Sequence record: OR805295.1
Direction: 5' to 3' (one strand)
DNA length: 64,000 bases
Within the stretch, counting starts at the first letter, position 1; each line of letters begins with the position of its first letter. A program made the position numbers and the translations under genes. Shown piece by piece: positions 21,006-33,194 of the stretch. The notes under the pieces are model-generated. The model was not told the DNA's origin. It searched no databases and saw only the letters and a program-made list of their open reading frames with translations.

Positions 21006-21524
21006 ATGAAAGGGTATGATTTAATTAAAGAATATTATGGTACCCGGGTTGCTAAACGTTCCGGGATTCCGTTAATGAACCATATAGATGAAGGTCTAAA
21101 AATTTTAGATACAATAAATTCTTCATACGAAGTAAAAGAAGCATTTTGTTTACATCCTTTGCTCCAAAATAACGAAGAATTTGAAAATAACTATGATTTA
21201 GTAGTAAGCACAGGCGGCCTGGTAACAAAAAGTATTCTTCTTGCAATGGAATATAGACACAAAGCAAATACATATTTGTGTAAAAAAGAAACAGATCATT
21301 GGACAGTTGAATATGCATCTAAAAAAATAGGTCATATTATTCATCCTGTAAAAGAAATGCTAATAGCAGATAAGGTTCAAAATTTCAAAGATTTTAAAAT
21401 ATATCATAAAGACACCCACAAAAGATCTCATCAGTTATCTAAATATTTTAAAAATTGGCTAACAATCTTAGAAATATCTGACGTCGACGCTAAAGATTTA
21501 GAACAAGTGTGTTATAAAGATTAA
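21006..21524 (+). CDS. HD-domain-like protein resembling degenerate (p)ppGpp hydrolases
   Basis: KRSGIPLMNH...AFCLHP...MLIADKVQN. Confidence 0.55.
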   Translation: MKGYDLIKEYYGTRVAKRSGIPLMNHIDEGLKILDTINSSYEVKEAFCLHPLLQNNEEFENNYDLVVSTGGLVTKSILLAMEYRHKANTYLCKKETDHWTVEYASKKIGHIIHPVKEMLIADKVQNFKDFKIYHKDTHKRSHQLSKYFKNWLTILEISDVDAKDLEQVCYKD

Positions 21525-21585
21525 CACACATTAGATTTATAAATGCAATGCCACTAAATATCTTTAATTATGTAGGAGATATATT

Positions 21586-22224
21586 ATGTGGCAACAGCGT
21601 TGGGCATTAGTTGGAGACTCTATCCAGGCATGGGTATTAGAAAATAGTAATAGTGGTATTATTCCGAGGGCAGATAAACTCACTGCATCTATGATACCGT
21701 TTAAAGTAAACGCATCTATACAGAACGTGTCTGTCCCGGGCATGCGTTTAGCAAAAGGAACTGATCCTAGTGATCCGTTTGATATTTCTTCATTAAGCAA
21801 ATTACATGGATTTTTCGGGTTAAACGGAGTTGTGTGTACATTAGGTACAAATGACTACGGAAGTCCATATGTAACTACAGTCGATTATTTTCATGCTTTA
21901 ACTGATTTTTTGAATGCAGCAATATCGTTAACCATACCTGTTGTAATTGTTTCGCCTATATGGCGACAAGATAAGGATACATCTGTATTAAAATACGACG
22001 GAACGACTAATGTACTTGCAGATTTTCAAAATACAGCACAATGGGTTACTTCACTTGTTTCTGCTAATAATAGTAATGTCTATTTTATAGACGGGAAACA
22101 AGCACCTGTCCAAAATGCAACATATTTTGGTGATGGATTGCATTTAAATGCTGCCGGGCATGCTAAATTTTGCACATGGTTAGTAAATGAAATGAAATCC
22201 AAAAATCTTTGGCAACAATATTAA
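21586..22224 (+). CDS. SGNH/GDSL hydrolase
   Basis: LVGDS, LGTND, DGLHLNAAGH blocks; ACTAAATA motif at 21553. Confidence 0.9.
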   Translation: MWQQRWALVGDSIQAWVLENSNSGIIPRADKLTASMIPFKVNASIQNVSVPGMRLAKGTDPSDPFDISSLSKLHGFFGLNGVVCTLGTNDYGSPYVTTVDYFHALTDFLNAAISLTIPVVIVSPIWRQDKDTSVLKYDGTTNVLADFQNTAQWVTSLVSANNSNVYFIDGKQAPVQNATYFGDGLHLNAAGHAKFCTWLVNEMKSKNLWQQY

Positions 22225-22262
22225 TAAAACATTGCCCGCTAATGCGGGCAATGTTTTATTGT
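22224..22262. terminator. Bidirectional terminator
   Basis: AATAAAACATTGCCCGC-taat-GCGGGCAATGTTTTATT. Confidence 0.85.
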
Positions 22263-22330
22263 ATTTTTATTTTTCTTATGCTATTATACAAATAATAAAT
22301 AATGGACGTTTAATAACAAGGAAATGTTTT

Positions 22331-22561
22331 ATGAGTTCAGAATTTGATATAGATGACAGCGGACTTGCTGAAACCCACGAACAAATTGTAGAAAAAGCTG
22401 TAAGTAAAATACGAAAAGAAATGGCAAGAAATTCTGGCTATACCGAATGTATAGATTGCGGAGAAGAAATAGGAGAAGAAAGAAAACGTATACTGCCAAG
22501 CGCAACAAAATGTGTGGAATGCCAGTCGTTGTTTGATCTGAGAAATAAGTTATACAAATGA
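22331..22561 (+). CDS. TraR/DksA family C4 zinc-finger protein
   Basis: Acidic N-terminus, helix, CIDC...KRILPSATKCVECQ. Confidence 0.88.
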   Translation: MSSEFDIDDSGLAETHEQIVEKAVSKIRKEMARNSGYTECIDCGEEIGEERKRILPSATKCVECQSLFDLRNKLYK

Positions 22562-23381
22562 ATCTATCATTATTATGTAAATTATCTAGAGTAGTTAGAA
22601 ATAGTACAATCGTTATTTCTATTGAATATTCTAATTTTTTTATTTCCATTTTTAATAAAATATATAGTTTAATAAGAATTGATATTGCTTCTAATTTAGT
22701 TACATGTTGCTTATCACCGACTGTTATAAACCTATTATCGTTTTGTATAGAAGAAAGAAATGAAAATAAATCTAAAAAAGATAATAACACTAAACAAACT
22801 TAGTTGAACATTATAAGATTATATTTAGAAAACAAATATAACCCGAATGTCTCTAATTACATCATAACGTATTAATAGATATAATATATTAAGAATCTAA
22901 GCAATAAATATTTGCATATAAGAAGGATTCTAATATGTCATATAATCCAAATTTCAATACCTCTATTATAGGATTATCGTATAATTCTATAAAATTACAT
23001 ATAGTAGAACATGTACAAAAAGACATAAAAGGTAATACAGTTTACATTATATCATTTGTAAATGATTTTGGATTTATTTTTGCTAAAGTAAAAACTAAAT
23101 ATGATCCTAAAACTGTCTTATAATGCACGCCAAATATGCATAGAACCAAGTACCATATATACATGTATATGGGTCCGGGGAGAAAAGGGGATAGTTTTGT
23201 ATAGACGTATGATTTATGATACAAAATCGATGAGTATAGGCAATTATGATTATACAACTTATATTTCGCATGAAATAGGGGGCTTAGGCTGGACCAGTTA
23301 TAAGAATTTAAAAAAATGCTAGATTTCGTTGCTATAAAACAGTATACTAAACACTCAACACATTAACTAGCAGAGGTAAAC

Positions 23382-23531
23382 GTGGATAATATCAAATCGT
23401 GCAAATGCGCACATGATTTCCAGGACAGTGTGTACGGCAAAGGTAATCGTGTGCATAACGTGTTTACTAAGGGATATCGTTGCACCGTTTGCGGTAAAGA
23501 AGTTATTACTTCTTCCACTGGCAAGAAGTAA
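23382..23531 (+). CDS. Small zinc-ribbon protein not in the ORF track
   Basis: GTG start after GAGG; CKCAHDFQDSVYGKGNRVHN...RCTVCG; TAGATT-17-TATACT promoter; terminator near 23539. Confidence 0.8.
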   Translation: MDNIKSCKCAHDFQDSVYGKGNRVHNVFTKGYRCTVCGKEVITSSTGKK

Positions 23532-23653
23532 AATATAAAAAAGGGCACACTGTGCCCTTTTTTAATAGTAAGAAACAAAGTAAGTCATGCATTCAACTAT
23601 CCATATTATACACTGTGCATTCTAATACACAGTGTATTGTTGCGAGTAATTAA

Positions 23654-23875
23654 ATGTCAACGACGCCTAGGGGAAAGAAAACTAAAATAACATGCAATAA
23701 TATAGAATGTAATAATGTATTCGAAGTAAGAATTGCCGATGTTAAAAGAGGTTGGGGACTATATTGTTCTAAGTCTTGTAAACAAACTGCACAAGAGCAA
23801 CAACGGCAAATGATAAAAAAATTATCCGGAGAACATTTGTTACCGAAGAATAAGCGAAGAAAAAAGTATTGGTAA
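23654..23875 (+). CDS. Small zinc-binding protein
   Basis: CNNIECNNVF...RGWGLYCSKSC. Confidence 0.7.
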   Translation: MSTTPRGKKTKITCNNIECNNVFEVRIADVKRGWGLYCSKSCKQTAQEQQRQMIKKLSGEHLLPKNKRRKKYW

Positions 23876-24049
23876 GAGGTATAGTATGAATTTAATACTA
23901 AACTATTCAATTTGTGCAAATACTACAGCTATAACTTTTTATATTTTCGGATTAAACATTAAAAAGGCATGGGTATACGTTACAAAGTCAGATAAGTATG
24001 GTAGGTATTTGTACGTATCTCAAGACGGATGTATGGGTGTCTTTCCTGA

Positions 24050-24346
24050 ATGGCAAATATAATTAAAATGAAACCGGTATTGTACTATGTAGGTGATAAT
24101 CCCAAAGGGGCATTTTTGTGCGAAATTTATGGCAAGGAATACCCATTTATCAATAATGAAACTAGATTTATTAAAGTTAATTCTATTTTTTATATATCTT
24201 TTATATCTGCTAAGTATACATATATAAAATTTCTAGTTAGATATAGATTTGTTACATGGAGGTTATACGACACTGATATTTATATTTCCTTTAGTAGAGC
24301 TATGACATCCGTTGAGCGGGAAATTAATAAAATAAGAGGAATTTAA
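24050..24346 (+). CDS. Hypothetical protein
   Basis: 98 aa ORF. Confidence 0.55.
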   Translation: MANIIKMKPVLYYVGDNPKGAFLCEIYGKEYPFINNETRFIKVNSIFYISFISAKYTYIKFLVRYRFVTWRLYDTDIYISFSRAMTSVEREINKIRGI

Positions 24347-24389
24347 AAAATGCGTTATTTTGCACGTTTGCATTATGCTATACGCAAGT

Positions 24390-24418
24390 TTGCAATAACG
24401 TGCAAACGCATGTATAAC
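24390..24418 (+). promoter_or_regulatory. sigma70 promoter upstream of tilS unit
   Basis: TTGCAA-17-TATAAC. Confidence 0.7.
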
Positions 24419-24651
24419 GCTAATACAGCTAACAATACAGTGCATAAAAACATGTACAGCATACTAGCGTTACAACGCATATCGTTGAACTATAAATGTA
24501 TATATATCTGGAGCAATATGGTATTCTTGTCAGTCACTACTGATGATACCTTAACTACATATCATATATATAGAAAAAGTTTAAGAACTGGTTTAGAATC
24601 GTGTAATTTTTCTTATGTACTTGGATTAGTTATGAAGGAAGGATATTAGGT

Positions 24652-25263
24652 TTGATTAAGTTAGTAAAACCCATTGCATATTATGGACAGAAATTTGGTA
24701 TCGCTGTTTCGGGCGGTATTGATTCTATGGTTGCATTGTCCTTCTTAAAGAAATATCCACAAAATAACTTCGATGTCTTTCATGTAAACCACGGATCGGA
24801 GTATGATATCAAAGCAGAGCAATTTGTGAGAGATTATTGCAGCGACAATAAAATAAATTGCCATGTATACTGCATTAACACAAAAAAACCAAAAGGTTGT
24901 AGTTGGGAAGAACATTGGCGAAACGAACGATATAAATTTCTTCACTCTCATGAATTAGAAATCATGACTGCACATACACTAGACGACAACGTAGAGACGT
25001 GGTTGTTTTATAGTATGCACGGTTCGCCTCGTATCATTCCGTATCGGAAAAAAAATGTCATCCGACCGTTTATGCTTACTACAAAAAACGAATTTAAAAA
25101 ATATGCGAAAAGTAATGGTGTACAATGGTTAGAAGATCCTAGTAACCGAGACACCAATTTTAATAGAAATCAAATTCGACATAATATAATTCCTCAAGCA
25201 CTTAAAGTAAATCCAGGATTGTTTAAAGTGATTGCAAAAAAAGTAAGAGAAGAGAATGAATAA
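24652..25263 (+). CDS. tilS: tRNA(Ile)-lysidine synthetase, catalytic domain only
   Basis: AVSGGIDS PP-loop, HVNHG, RNERYKFL, TAHTLDDNVET, RP, EDPSN, RNQIRH. Confidence 0.88.
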   Translation: MIKLVKPIAYYGQKFGIAVSGGIDSMVALSFLKKYPQNNFDVFHVNHGSEYDIKAEQFVRDYCSDNKINCHVYCINTKKPKGCSWEEHWRNERYKFLHSHELEIMTAHTLDDNVETWLFYSMHGSPRIIPYRKKNVIRPFMLTTKNEFKKYAKSNGVQWLEDPSNRDTNFNRNQIRHNIIPQALKVNPGLFKVIAKKVREENE

Positions 25264-25371
25264 ACGTTTACTTTTAACAATGTTTGTTATTTCTATTCAA
25301 GCGAGGAATTATTATATAATACCATATGCCGGTATTAAAAATAAACTTGTGTTTATTTTATCTAGTAGCAA

Positions 25372-27445
25372 ATGAATACTATAATAACGCTAAGTGCTTT
25401 GCAGGAAACAATACAAAGAGACGAATGGTCAGACCGCTATCATTTTGTTATTAAAGATAGGTATGGTAGTGATATATTGTATTGTATAGAATACGAAAAT
25501 TCATTACAGTCGTGGTTTATAGACTATACATATAACAATAGTTTGATATACTTAGATATATTTAAAATTCAGCTATTAACACAAAAAATATCATCTTATA
25601 CTAGTAACAGAACAGTAGTATTATTATCAGACAGTATCTCGAATGTAATTTTATATTACGAAATAGCAAATGATAGTATTAGTAGTAAAAATTATTCATC
25701 CGAAATAGTATTAACATAACTGAATGTATTTTAGTATAAGACCATAACGCACCCATTTGCATTTAAATTCCAAACTAAAACTATAACCTCTTTATGTATA
25801 TTCTTATTATTGCAATTCTAGTAAAATCTGTACAACTATTACTGAGTTAGATGTACAGGACAAAGAACAGCAAAATGCTTGACTATCCATTCGTGTTAGG
25901 TTAATTTAACAAAATTATATAAGGTATTTTAAGTGTTTATCATTAAATTACAAAGCAATTGTGACAAAATAGAAATAGATAACTCAAAATACAATTACGG
26001 GTTTTTTATTGTTAACTCAGAAAACATGAAAGTATTCCATTACAGTAACAAAGAATCGTCTTTGTATTCTATGTTTGCAAAAAATCTACATATCAATGTA
26101 TTTTTGGTGTCTACCTTGTGTTGTATTATATGTTTCGACTATCCTACTTTATACTTAGAAATGGAATCAAACCGTGCAGTAGCATTAGGTATAAATCCAT
26201 GTTTCTTAAATATAGATGTACAAGGTTCTCGGTTCCATAATTGGGATCCGATGTGTTTTGTATAAACATGTGATATAATTTGTGTTTAGTCATTTCTTAA
26301 ATAAGGTATCGAAATGAAAGAAAACAATATACTAGAAATGCAAGCAGGATGCTCAAACGTGGCTGTTATAGGTAACAGTGTTATAAGTATAGAAGGATTA
26401 TATGACAAACCAACAAAAACATTAAACTTTTTTGTAAGATATAATTTAAACCATGATTCAGAGTACTTATCATACATTTACACATTTAAAAATGATATAT
26501 GTGTACTGTCTTTATCTAGTAAATGTTTTATGATTAAAATAGCCCCAGAGGTGTATTATAAAACTAGATCTGTATGTATTATTAATAATATAGGAAGTGG
26601 ATTGTTATATAGTTACAAAAATCACACATGGGCTCGGACATGCGTTCTAATATAGAAAAAATTTATTATATTTCTAAAAATACACGAAGTATAAAGGTAA
26701 TGGACCATACAATCACTATATGGTCGTTATATATTTCACCTAATATTACTATAATTTTATGGGCAACTAATTTAACTACAGGATTATGTACCTTAAAATA
26801 TAAAAATGAATTCAAAATAGATTTATTTAAATTAGTCAATACAGTGTATTATATAGAAAACAAATATAGAAACAGCACATATGTATTAAATGATGTATTG
26901 CACAATACTATATGCTCTGTGGGTATATTAAGACCCCGTATTGCAGATGAAGTATATTGCAGATATAGAATATCGTATGTCAGCTAACATTACATATATT
27001 GTATCAATTACTGCTAGATGCACATCTATATATGAAGATGCGTATAGTGATTTCGTTATATTTTGTATAGCAGATGTATTTGGTAGTTATATAATTCAAT
27101 ATATGACAGAACGCAACAATAGGTTTATAGCTGTATATGAATATACATTTTCTACAATATGATATGTCTGATTCAAGTATATTATGCAATATAACAAGAT
27201 ATTCGTATACAATAAGACTGAGTCATTTTGTTATATCCGGAATGGGTAGGCCTATAACAAAAGTTGTATCCAGTATACTGTGTACTCCTATTCATATAAT
27301 AGATGTGTGTAATGTTTCGCATCGTGCAAGAGATACGATTTTTTCGTACAATGACACCCAATTACGCAGTTCTTTGCATTTGTTTTCTATATCATTTTGG
27401 AAGTTAAAAGCATATACTATGATAAACGTATCCTACATAATATGA
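25372..27445 (+). other. Tandem small ORFs, several of the ILxLQ family (25372-25719, 25933-26265, 26314-26655, 26628-26987)
   Basis: MFIIKLQSNCDKI, NILEMQAGCSNV, ITLSALQETI. Confidence 0.55.
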
Positions 27446-27936
27446 TATTTCAAAAACCATTTATAGAATTAAATAGTATCCCAGATTACACTCATCCGGG
27501 CGGATTTGCATACCAACGAAAAAATCATATACACGAAGGCGTAGACCTTTATTGTAAAAATAAAGAACCTGTGTTTACAATGTTATCGGGTAAAGTAGTT
27601 AATATAATAAAAGATTTTACAGGACCGGGGTGCGGAACACCTTGGTGGAATAAAACAAGTGCAATAGTAATAGAAGACGTATTCGGTGTATGGGTATACG
27701 GCGAAATATTAGTAGGAAATTGGATTAACATAGGAGATACTGTACCAGCTGGAACATGTATCGGCAGAGTAGAACAAGTGTTAAAAAAGAACAAAGGACG
27801 TCCTATGTCTATGCTTCACGTAGAACGATATACAAAAGGAACTACAAATTCTATTGGATTATGGCAATTAAATACTAGCAGACCTGAAAATTTATTAGAT
27901 CCAACACCTTTGTTACGGCGTATCATAAATGAATAA
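27397..27936 (+). CDS. M23 family peptidase-like protein
   Basis: HEGVDLY (HxxxD), GKVV, VYGEI, GDTVPAGTCIG, MLHVE. Confidence 0.75.
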   Translation: MEVKSIYYDKRILHNMIFQKPFIELNSIPDYTHPGGFAYQRKNHIHEGVDLYCKNKEPVFTMLSGKVVNIIKDFTGPGCGTPWWNKTSAIVIEDVFGVWVYGEILVGNWINIGDTVPAGTCIGRVEQVLKKNKGRPMSMLHVERYTKGTTNSIGLWQLNTSRPENLLDPTPLLRRIINE

Positions 27937-30900
27937 TATATTATATATTCAGAATTTTATAAGAAGTAGAAAATTAGAAGCAGAATACGGATGTATAGTT
28001 ACCATTAATAATAATACAGGAGCTAGAGAATTTACAGCATATCATCTCAAAAACTGGCATAATTGTTCATTTATATCCTATAATAATTGCAGTATAGATA
28101 TTATTGCATTATGTAACCATACACACACGATAGCATATGGAGCAGATAATGCAAGTTTTATAATAAAAAATAATAACAGAAATATACTACTGTCAGTAGT
28201 TGGTACGAATATGACATATTCGTCTTGTTATTCATCTTCTGTAATTATAAATATTTCTGTTTTATTATAAAATGAATTTAATATTTTGTATAGCTAGCAT
28301 TGATAATATACAAATAGGTATAGACCGGTCAATCGGACATATAAACAATATAATATATATTCGAACTAGCCCCTCTAATGATATAATCAAATATATAACA
28401 GAAGTAAAATATGGTAAAACAGTATCACTTATGTTAAATCTCGATACATCAGTATTTAAAGAATTATTTATTTTTATTTTGTCATGTAAATGTAAACACA
28501 TCACTGAACTAAGAATATACGATAAAGTAGTATTTTATTTTTATTCTGATAACAGAAGATCTTTAACAGATTTGTTATATTACATAGGTCAGTGACAGTA
28601 CATTTACAGAAAAATATAATATCTTATGTATTATTCATTATAAAAACTCTGTTGTGTTATTAAGTGTTGTATGTTAGTGTGCAAGTTAATTAAATGCGGA
28701 ACACCAAATGGATATTATTCTTTTTATATCAAATAATACATACTATATAATATCAACGAGTAATAGCACATTCTTATTATACAGATTTGATCAAAAATGT
28801 ATCTATGTTGCAACAAAAAATCTTAATTCACATCCGGTAGTGATAGACGACGGAAGTAATGGCTGGGGGACAATATATGAGATTCCCGCACTAGTTCAGT
28901 TTTACACAGATATTTTTAAATTTTCTGTGCATCACGAATTAATTCAAATATATGTGCTCACAAAAGTAGGTCAATTTTTCTCTAAGATTGTTACTTACTA
29001 ATATAATTGTACAATACATAGGTAATTTGATGGACAATATATTTTATATTTCGTACGAGATAGCTAGTTGCCGGTATTCTAGTCCAACTACATTTCAATT
29101 AATTAATAAACACAATAGAGAATTTTATGCAATACGTTTGGCTGCAGGATACCCAAGCGACATTTTCGATTTTGATTGGAAACAAAAAATCTTATTAACG
29201 TCTAAATATTGTAATAAGCTTTTATTTCTTATTAGTAGAGAAAAGATACAGGTAACTACCAAGTTAAGGATATTTTATTGCCTTAGTAACGTATCTGCTA
29301 AATCGGATCAAGTTACACTATGAATATCATACCATTAATTTTAATTAGTGTATACTAGTTATTGTGACACTATTAAATATGTCAATTAGATAAAATAAAT
29401 TATTAATGAAAAATCTATTTCCTACCGGATGCATATTTAATATATTGGTATTATCTTATCACACAGATACAATATATGCTGCATGTTACTCAGATTGTCG
29501 TGTTATTGCACTAAACAGTTATTATACATACTATATACCTTTAAATGACTAAATTAATACTTACAATTTCTATTAATACCAAACAGATAGCATTATTAAA
29601 CGATGTTGTGCATTTTCGAAATTATAATAAAGCGGTATACTTTATAAATTTTTTATCTAAATCTAAGTCATTAATTATTGTGGACGAGTTAATAACAGAT
29701 AGTTTTATTATCTTTTATATAAGTGAAAATTGTTCCGAAATTTATGTCACCCCTAGATATGCTTTTATATGTAATTTCGATGGGGTTGGGTTTTTTAGAT
29801 CATAACTAGTTGTGTTAATTAGGATAACTATACTTAATGAAATATGATTTTATATTACATATGAGTAATAACACAAATTGTATTATATTCGACACAAGTA
29901 TTACCTTTGTTGACAACAAAGGTATATTCTTTTATAAAATAATACCAATACACTTGCATGGTATGTGTAATTTTCCTTATATAGATAACAGTTGGTCAAA
30001 CTATATTTCATTACCTATAATTATACAATATTATACAAATAAACTGGTATATTTACCGTCTATTATACTTTTTCGTCAAAATAAATCTAATATATCAGCA
30101 GATACTGTATTTCGTACAAATATGTTATGAACGATGAATTAATACTATTGTTAAGTAAAGAGACTTATATAACTTCATTTTCTCATAACTGTGTAGACTT
30201 GTTCAGCGCTGCTGGAATTATATTTTATAGCATATCTATACCATACATGGGTTCCCGTGCTGCTAGCAGAATACATCATTTATATTTGTGTGTGTTTACA
30301 CTATCTCCTTTTATAATACAATCATTTTGTCGTGTAATATTCGATAATAAGTATACAATTGGCATAGCACATAATGGCACACTTATATGGAAAGGTCTTT
30401 ACCAATAACTTTTTCAGTTGCTATAACATGCACAATGTGCAATAATAAAAAACAATGTGCAATTGTGAATAAAATACATGAATATTATCATTAACATTCA
30501 AGCATCAACATCCGAAATCTTCTTTGATACAGACTGTATCTCGTTAATGACTAGCTTAAGCGGTTATGTTCTTTCGATAAACCGAAGAACAGGAAAAGGC
30601 GCAGTTGTACTTCATAACATAAAGTTAGATTCCATATATCGTATTCTACTATTACAGCACACAACTACATCACTTGTTGTATGGGGTGCTATAGACATTA
30701 AAGTATCATTTAAAGACATAGCCGATGAATACATTTTCCTTGCTATAGGAAGAAGATATTATCACGGCGAATGGTTAAAATAATTCTGACTATGCATAAA
30801 ATTTATTATGACGAAATTTTAGAAATATCTAATAAAGCTAGATTAATTGTAATTTATTCTGGCATATGTTCTATATACGCAAAACCTTCTGTTTATTATA

Positions 30901-32556
30901 ATGTAAATTATAACTTTTATAGTAATCCATTTAGTTTGTGGAATAGGGCAGTATTTATAGCATCTAAACAATGCGGGTACATAGCATTCACTGATAACCG
31001 GGTGCGTATATTAACTGATAAAAAAATAATGTGGTATTATAATTATCTATAAGGTATAGATCGAAAAATGGTATATAAAATACCGAACGACAAGTGTATG
31101 TTGTTAATATTTCTGAGTAGTATAGCTGATACTATATCTATAGAAATCAGTTTTAGAAAAAGAATTAGAAAATGTTTGTACACACTAAAAATATACAAAG
31201 GTGATAACAATTGCATATTTATAAATGGCGTACTATTATTTAAAAAAGTTATATGTAACGATATGATAATTCCTATTTTGATACAATCAGTCACAAGATC
31301 AATATCAATGCATAACGACTTCTTAGAAGTATTTTCTAACAAATATTATTTGACGTTATTTAGAAAAATGACATAGTCTTAAATGGGCAAAAATGCATGA
31401 TTGTTATACTTCTTTCACACTTTACACATGAACTAAATGCACAGTTTAATGAATTAGAACTTACTGTGTATGGTAATAGATTAGCGCAAATATATCCAAC
31501 AGCATTTATAGATACTAACATTCTATGGCATTATATGAGTAAACCTAATTTCTTACTATTTTATATTTCTAATAATGCAAAAACGATAAAATTAAACCAT
31601 TCGCCCCGAATATTATTATATAACTCTCCCATACCTCACTATATTTAAAAAGATAAGTAGGTGAACTATCATTTAAACAGTTGTTGTACAGAAACTCTTT
31701 TAATGAGCAGGTTAATGTCCATCTAAACCCTATGTGCAACCTACCATTTATTATATCAAGTAATTCCCACAAACTAATCTACGGACAGTATTTTAACAAT
31801 ACAAGAGGTCCAGGCATATACATTGCTAATATAAATGGATTTGTGTTTCTATACTCAGTTGTTACTATTTCTAATTTTCAAATATGTTTTAGTATGCTTA
31901 ACGAAATAGATCCTTTGTATTTGCAATACAAATGCGATTCAATAAAAACAATAAACACACTTATGTATTATAGACTAAATGTCAATTCATTACTTAATAC
32001 AATGTTATGTAAAGAATATTATGAATTTAATACTTGAATTATTAAGAAACACTAGTAAAATCATACCGCTTGATGGTCTAAATGCTGCTAGATTTATTCT
32101 TGTAAATACCCATTATATAAAAATAGCATCTTTTTGTTTATCATTTTCTACATGGACCTGCCAGACATTTTTAAGTATAAACCAGTTTCAAATGTCAGAA
32201 TCTACGTTAGTTATCATATCTAATAAAATAAAGAAGATCAAAAGAGTAAAAAAATCATACGCTTTAGTTTTTGACGAATCATATATTCTGTTGAAAATCA
32301 AATGATAATACATATCTCACATTTAACACATATAATAAATGCATATTCTAAATATATAATCGTTACTAATAAAGCTAATGAAATTATACTTTGCAATTAC
32401 ATATATAACCAAACTAAAATTTACATTAGCAAATTATTACTAAATATCGATTTAATCTGTTATATTCAACATAACACAAAAACTATTAGTTATCCCATTG
32501 TACATAGCCATTTTCTAGCGTATCCATATCTTTGCAATAATGCCTTGGTTGTATAA
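27929..32556 (+). other. Array of ~15 two-unit ILxLQ family ORFs (85-115 aa)
   Basis: MDIILFISNNT, MTKLILTISINT, MKYDFILHMSNNT, MNIIINIQAST...ILLLQHTT, MNLILELLRNT, LICYIQHNT. Confidence 0.65.
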
Positions 32557-32558
32557 TT

Positions 32559-32846
32559 ATGGATTTTATTTTCCTACTACAACATAACACTTCTATTATA
32601 TTATTTAATAATATATCATATGGTAGTATAGAATTATACACAAAAGACGAAGTTCCAGTATTAGACATAGAAATATCAAATTCTATGTACATATATCAAG
32701 GTAATTTTAATGACAAAACTGCAATACTCCATCTACAGCAAAATACACACCAGATACAAATAGATATAGATATTATAAAAATGAGAAACATGTACTATAA
32801 AGACATTTATTATATTGTATTACATGGATTATATGGATTATATTAA
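32559..32846 (+). CDS. ILxLQ family protein, recent duplicate A
   Basis: MDFIFLLQHNT...AILHLQQNT. Confidence 0.75.
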   Translation: MDFIFLLQHNTSIILFNNISYGSIELYTKDEVPVLDIEISNSMYIYQGNFNDKTAILHLQQNTHQIQIDIDIIKMRNMYYKDIYYIVLHGLYGLY

Positions 32847-32912
32847 ACTTATCTCCGCAGAAGTAAATCAAATATATCCATATCTTGTCAACAATACTTT
32901 GGTTATATAATT

Positions 32913-33194
32913 ATGGATTTTATTTTCCTACTACAACATAACACTTCTATTATATTATATCGTAATAGTATTATAGAATTATACACAGAAGACGAAATGC
33001 CAGTAATAGACATAGATATAACAAATTCTATGTTCATATATCTAGGTATTTTTAATGACAAAACTGCAATACTCTATCTACAACAAAATACACACACGAT
33101 ACATAAAGAATCATCAAATTCTTATTATATGATAAGAATGAGAAATATGTACTATAAAAACATTTATTATATTATAACACATGGATTATATTAA
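32913..33194 (+). CDS. ILxLQ family protein, recent duplicate B
   Basis: Near-identical to 32559-32846. Confidence 0.75.
   Translation: MDFIFLLQHNTSIILYRNSIIELYTEDEMPVIDIDITNSMFIYLGIFNDKTAILYLQQNTHTIHKESSNSYYMIRMRNMYYKNIYYIITHGLY

Noticed and set aside
22232-22330. N-terminal extension of TraR ORF
   Set aside because: It starts within a terminator; ATG 22331 fits TraR size
24350-24451. N-terminal part of ORF 24350
   Set aside because: It overlaps a promoter; ATG 24452 gives the family motif
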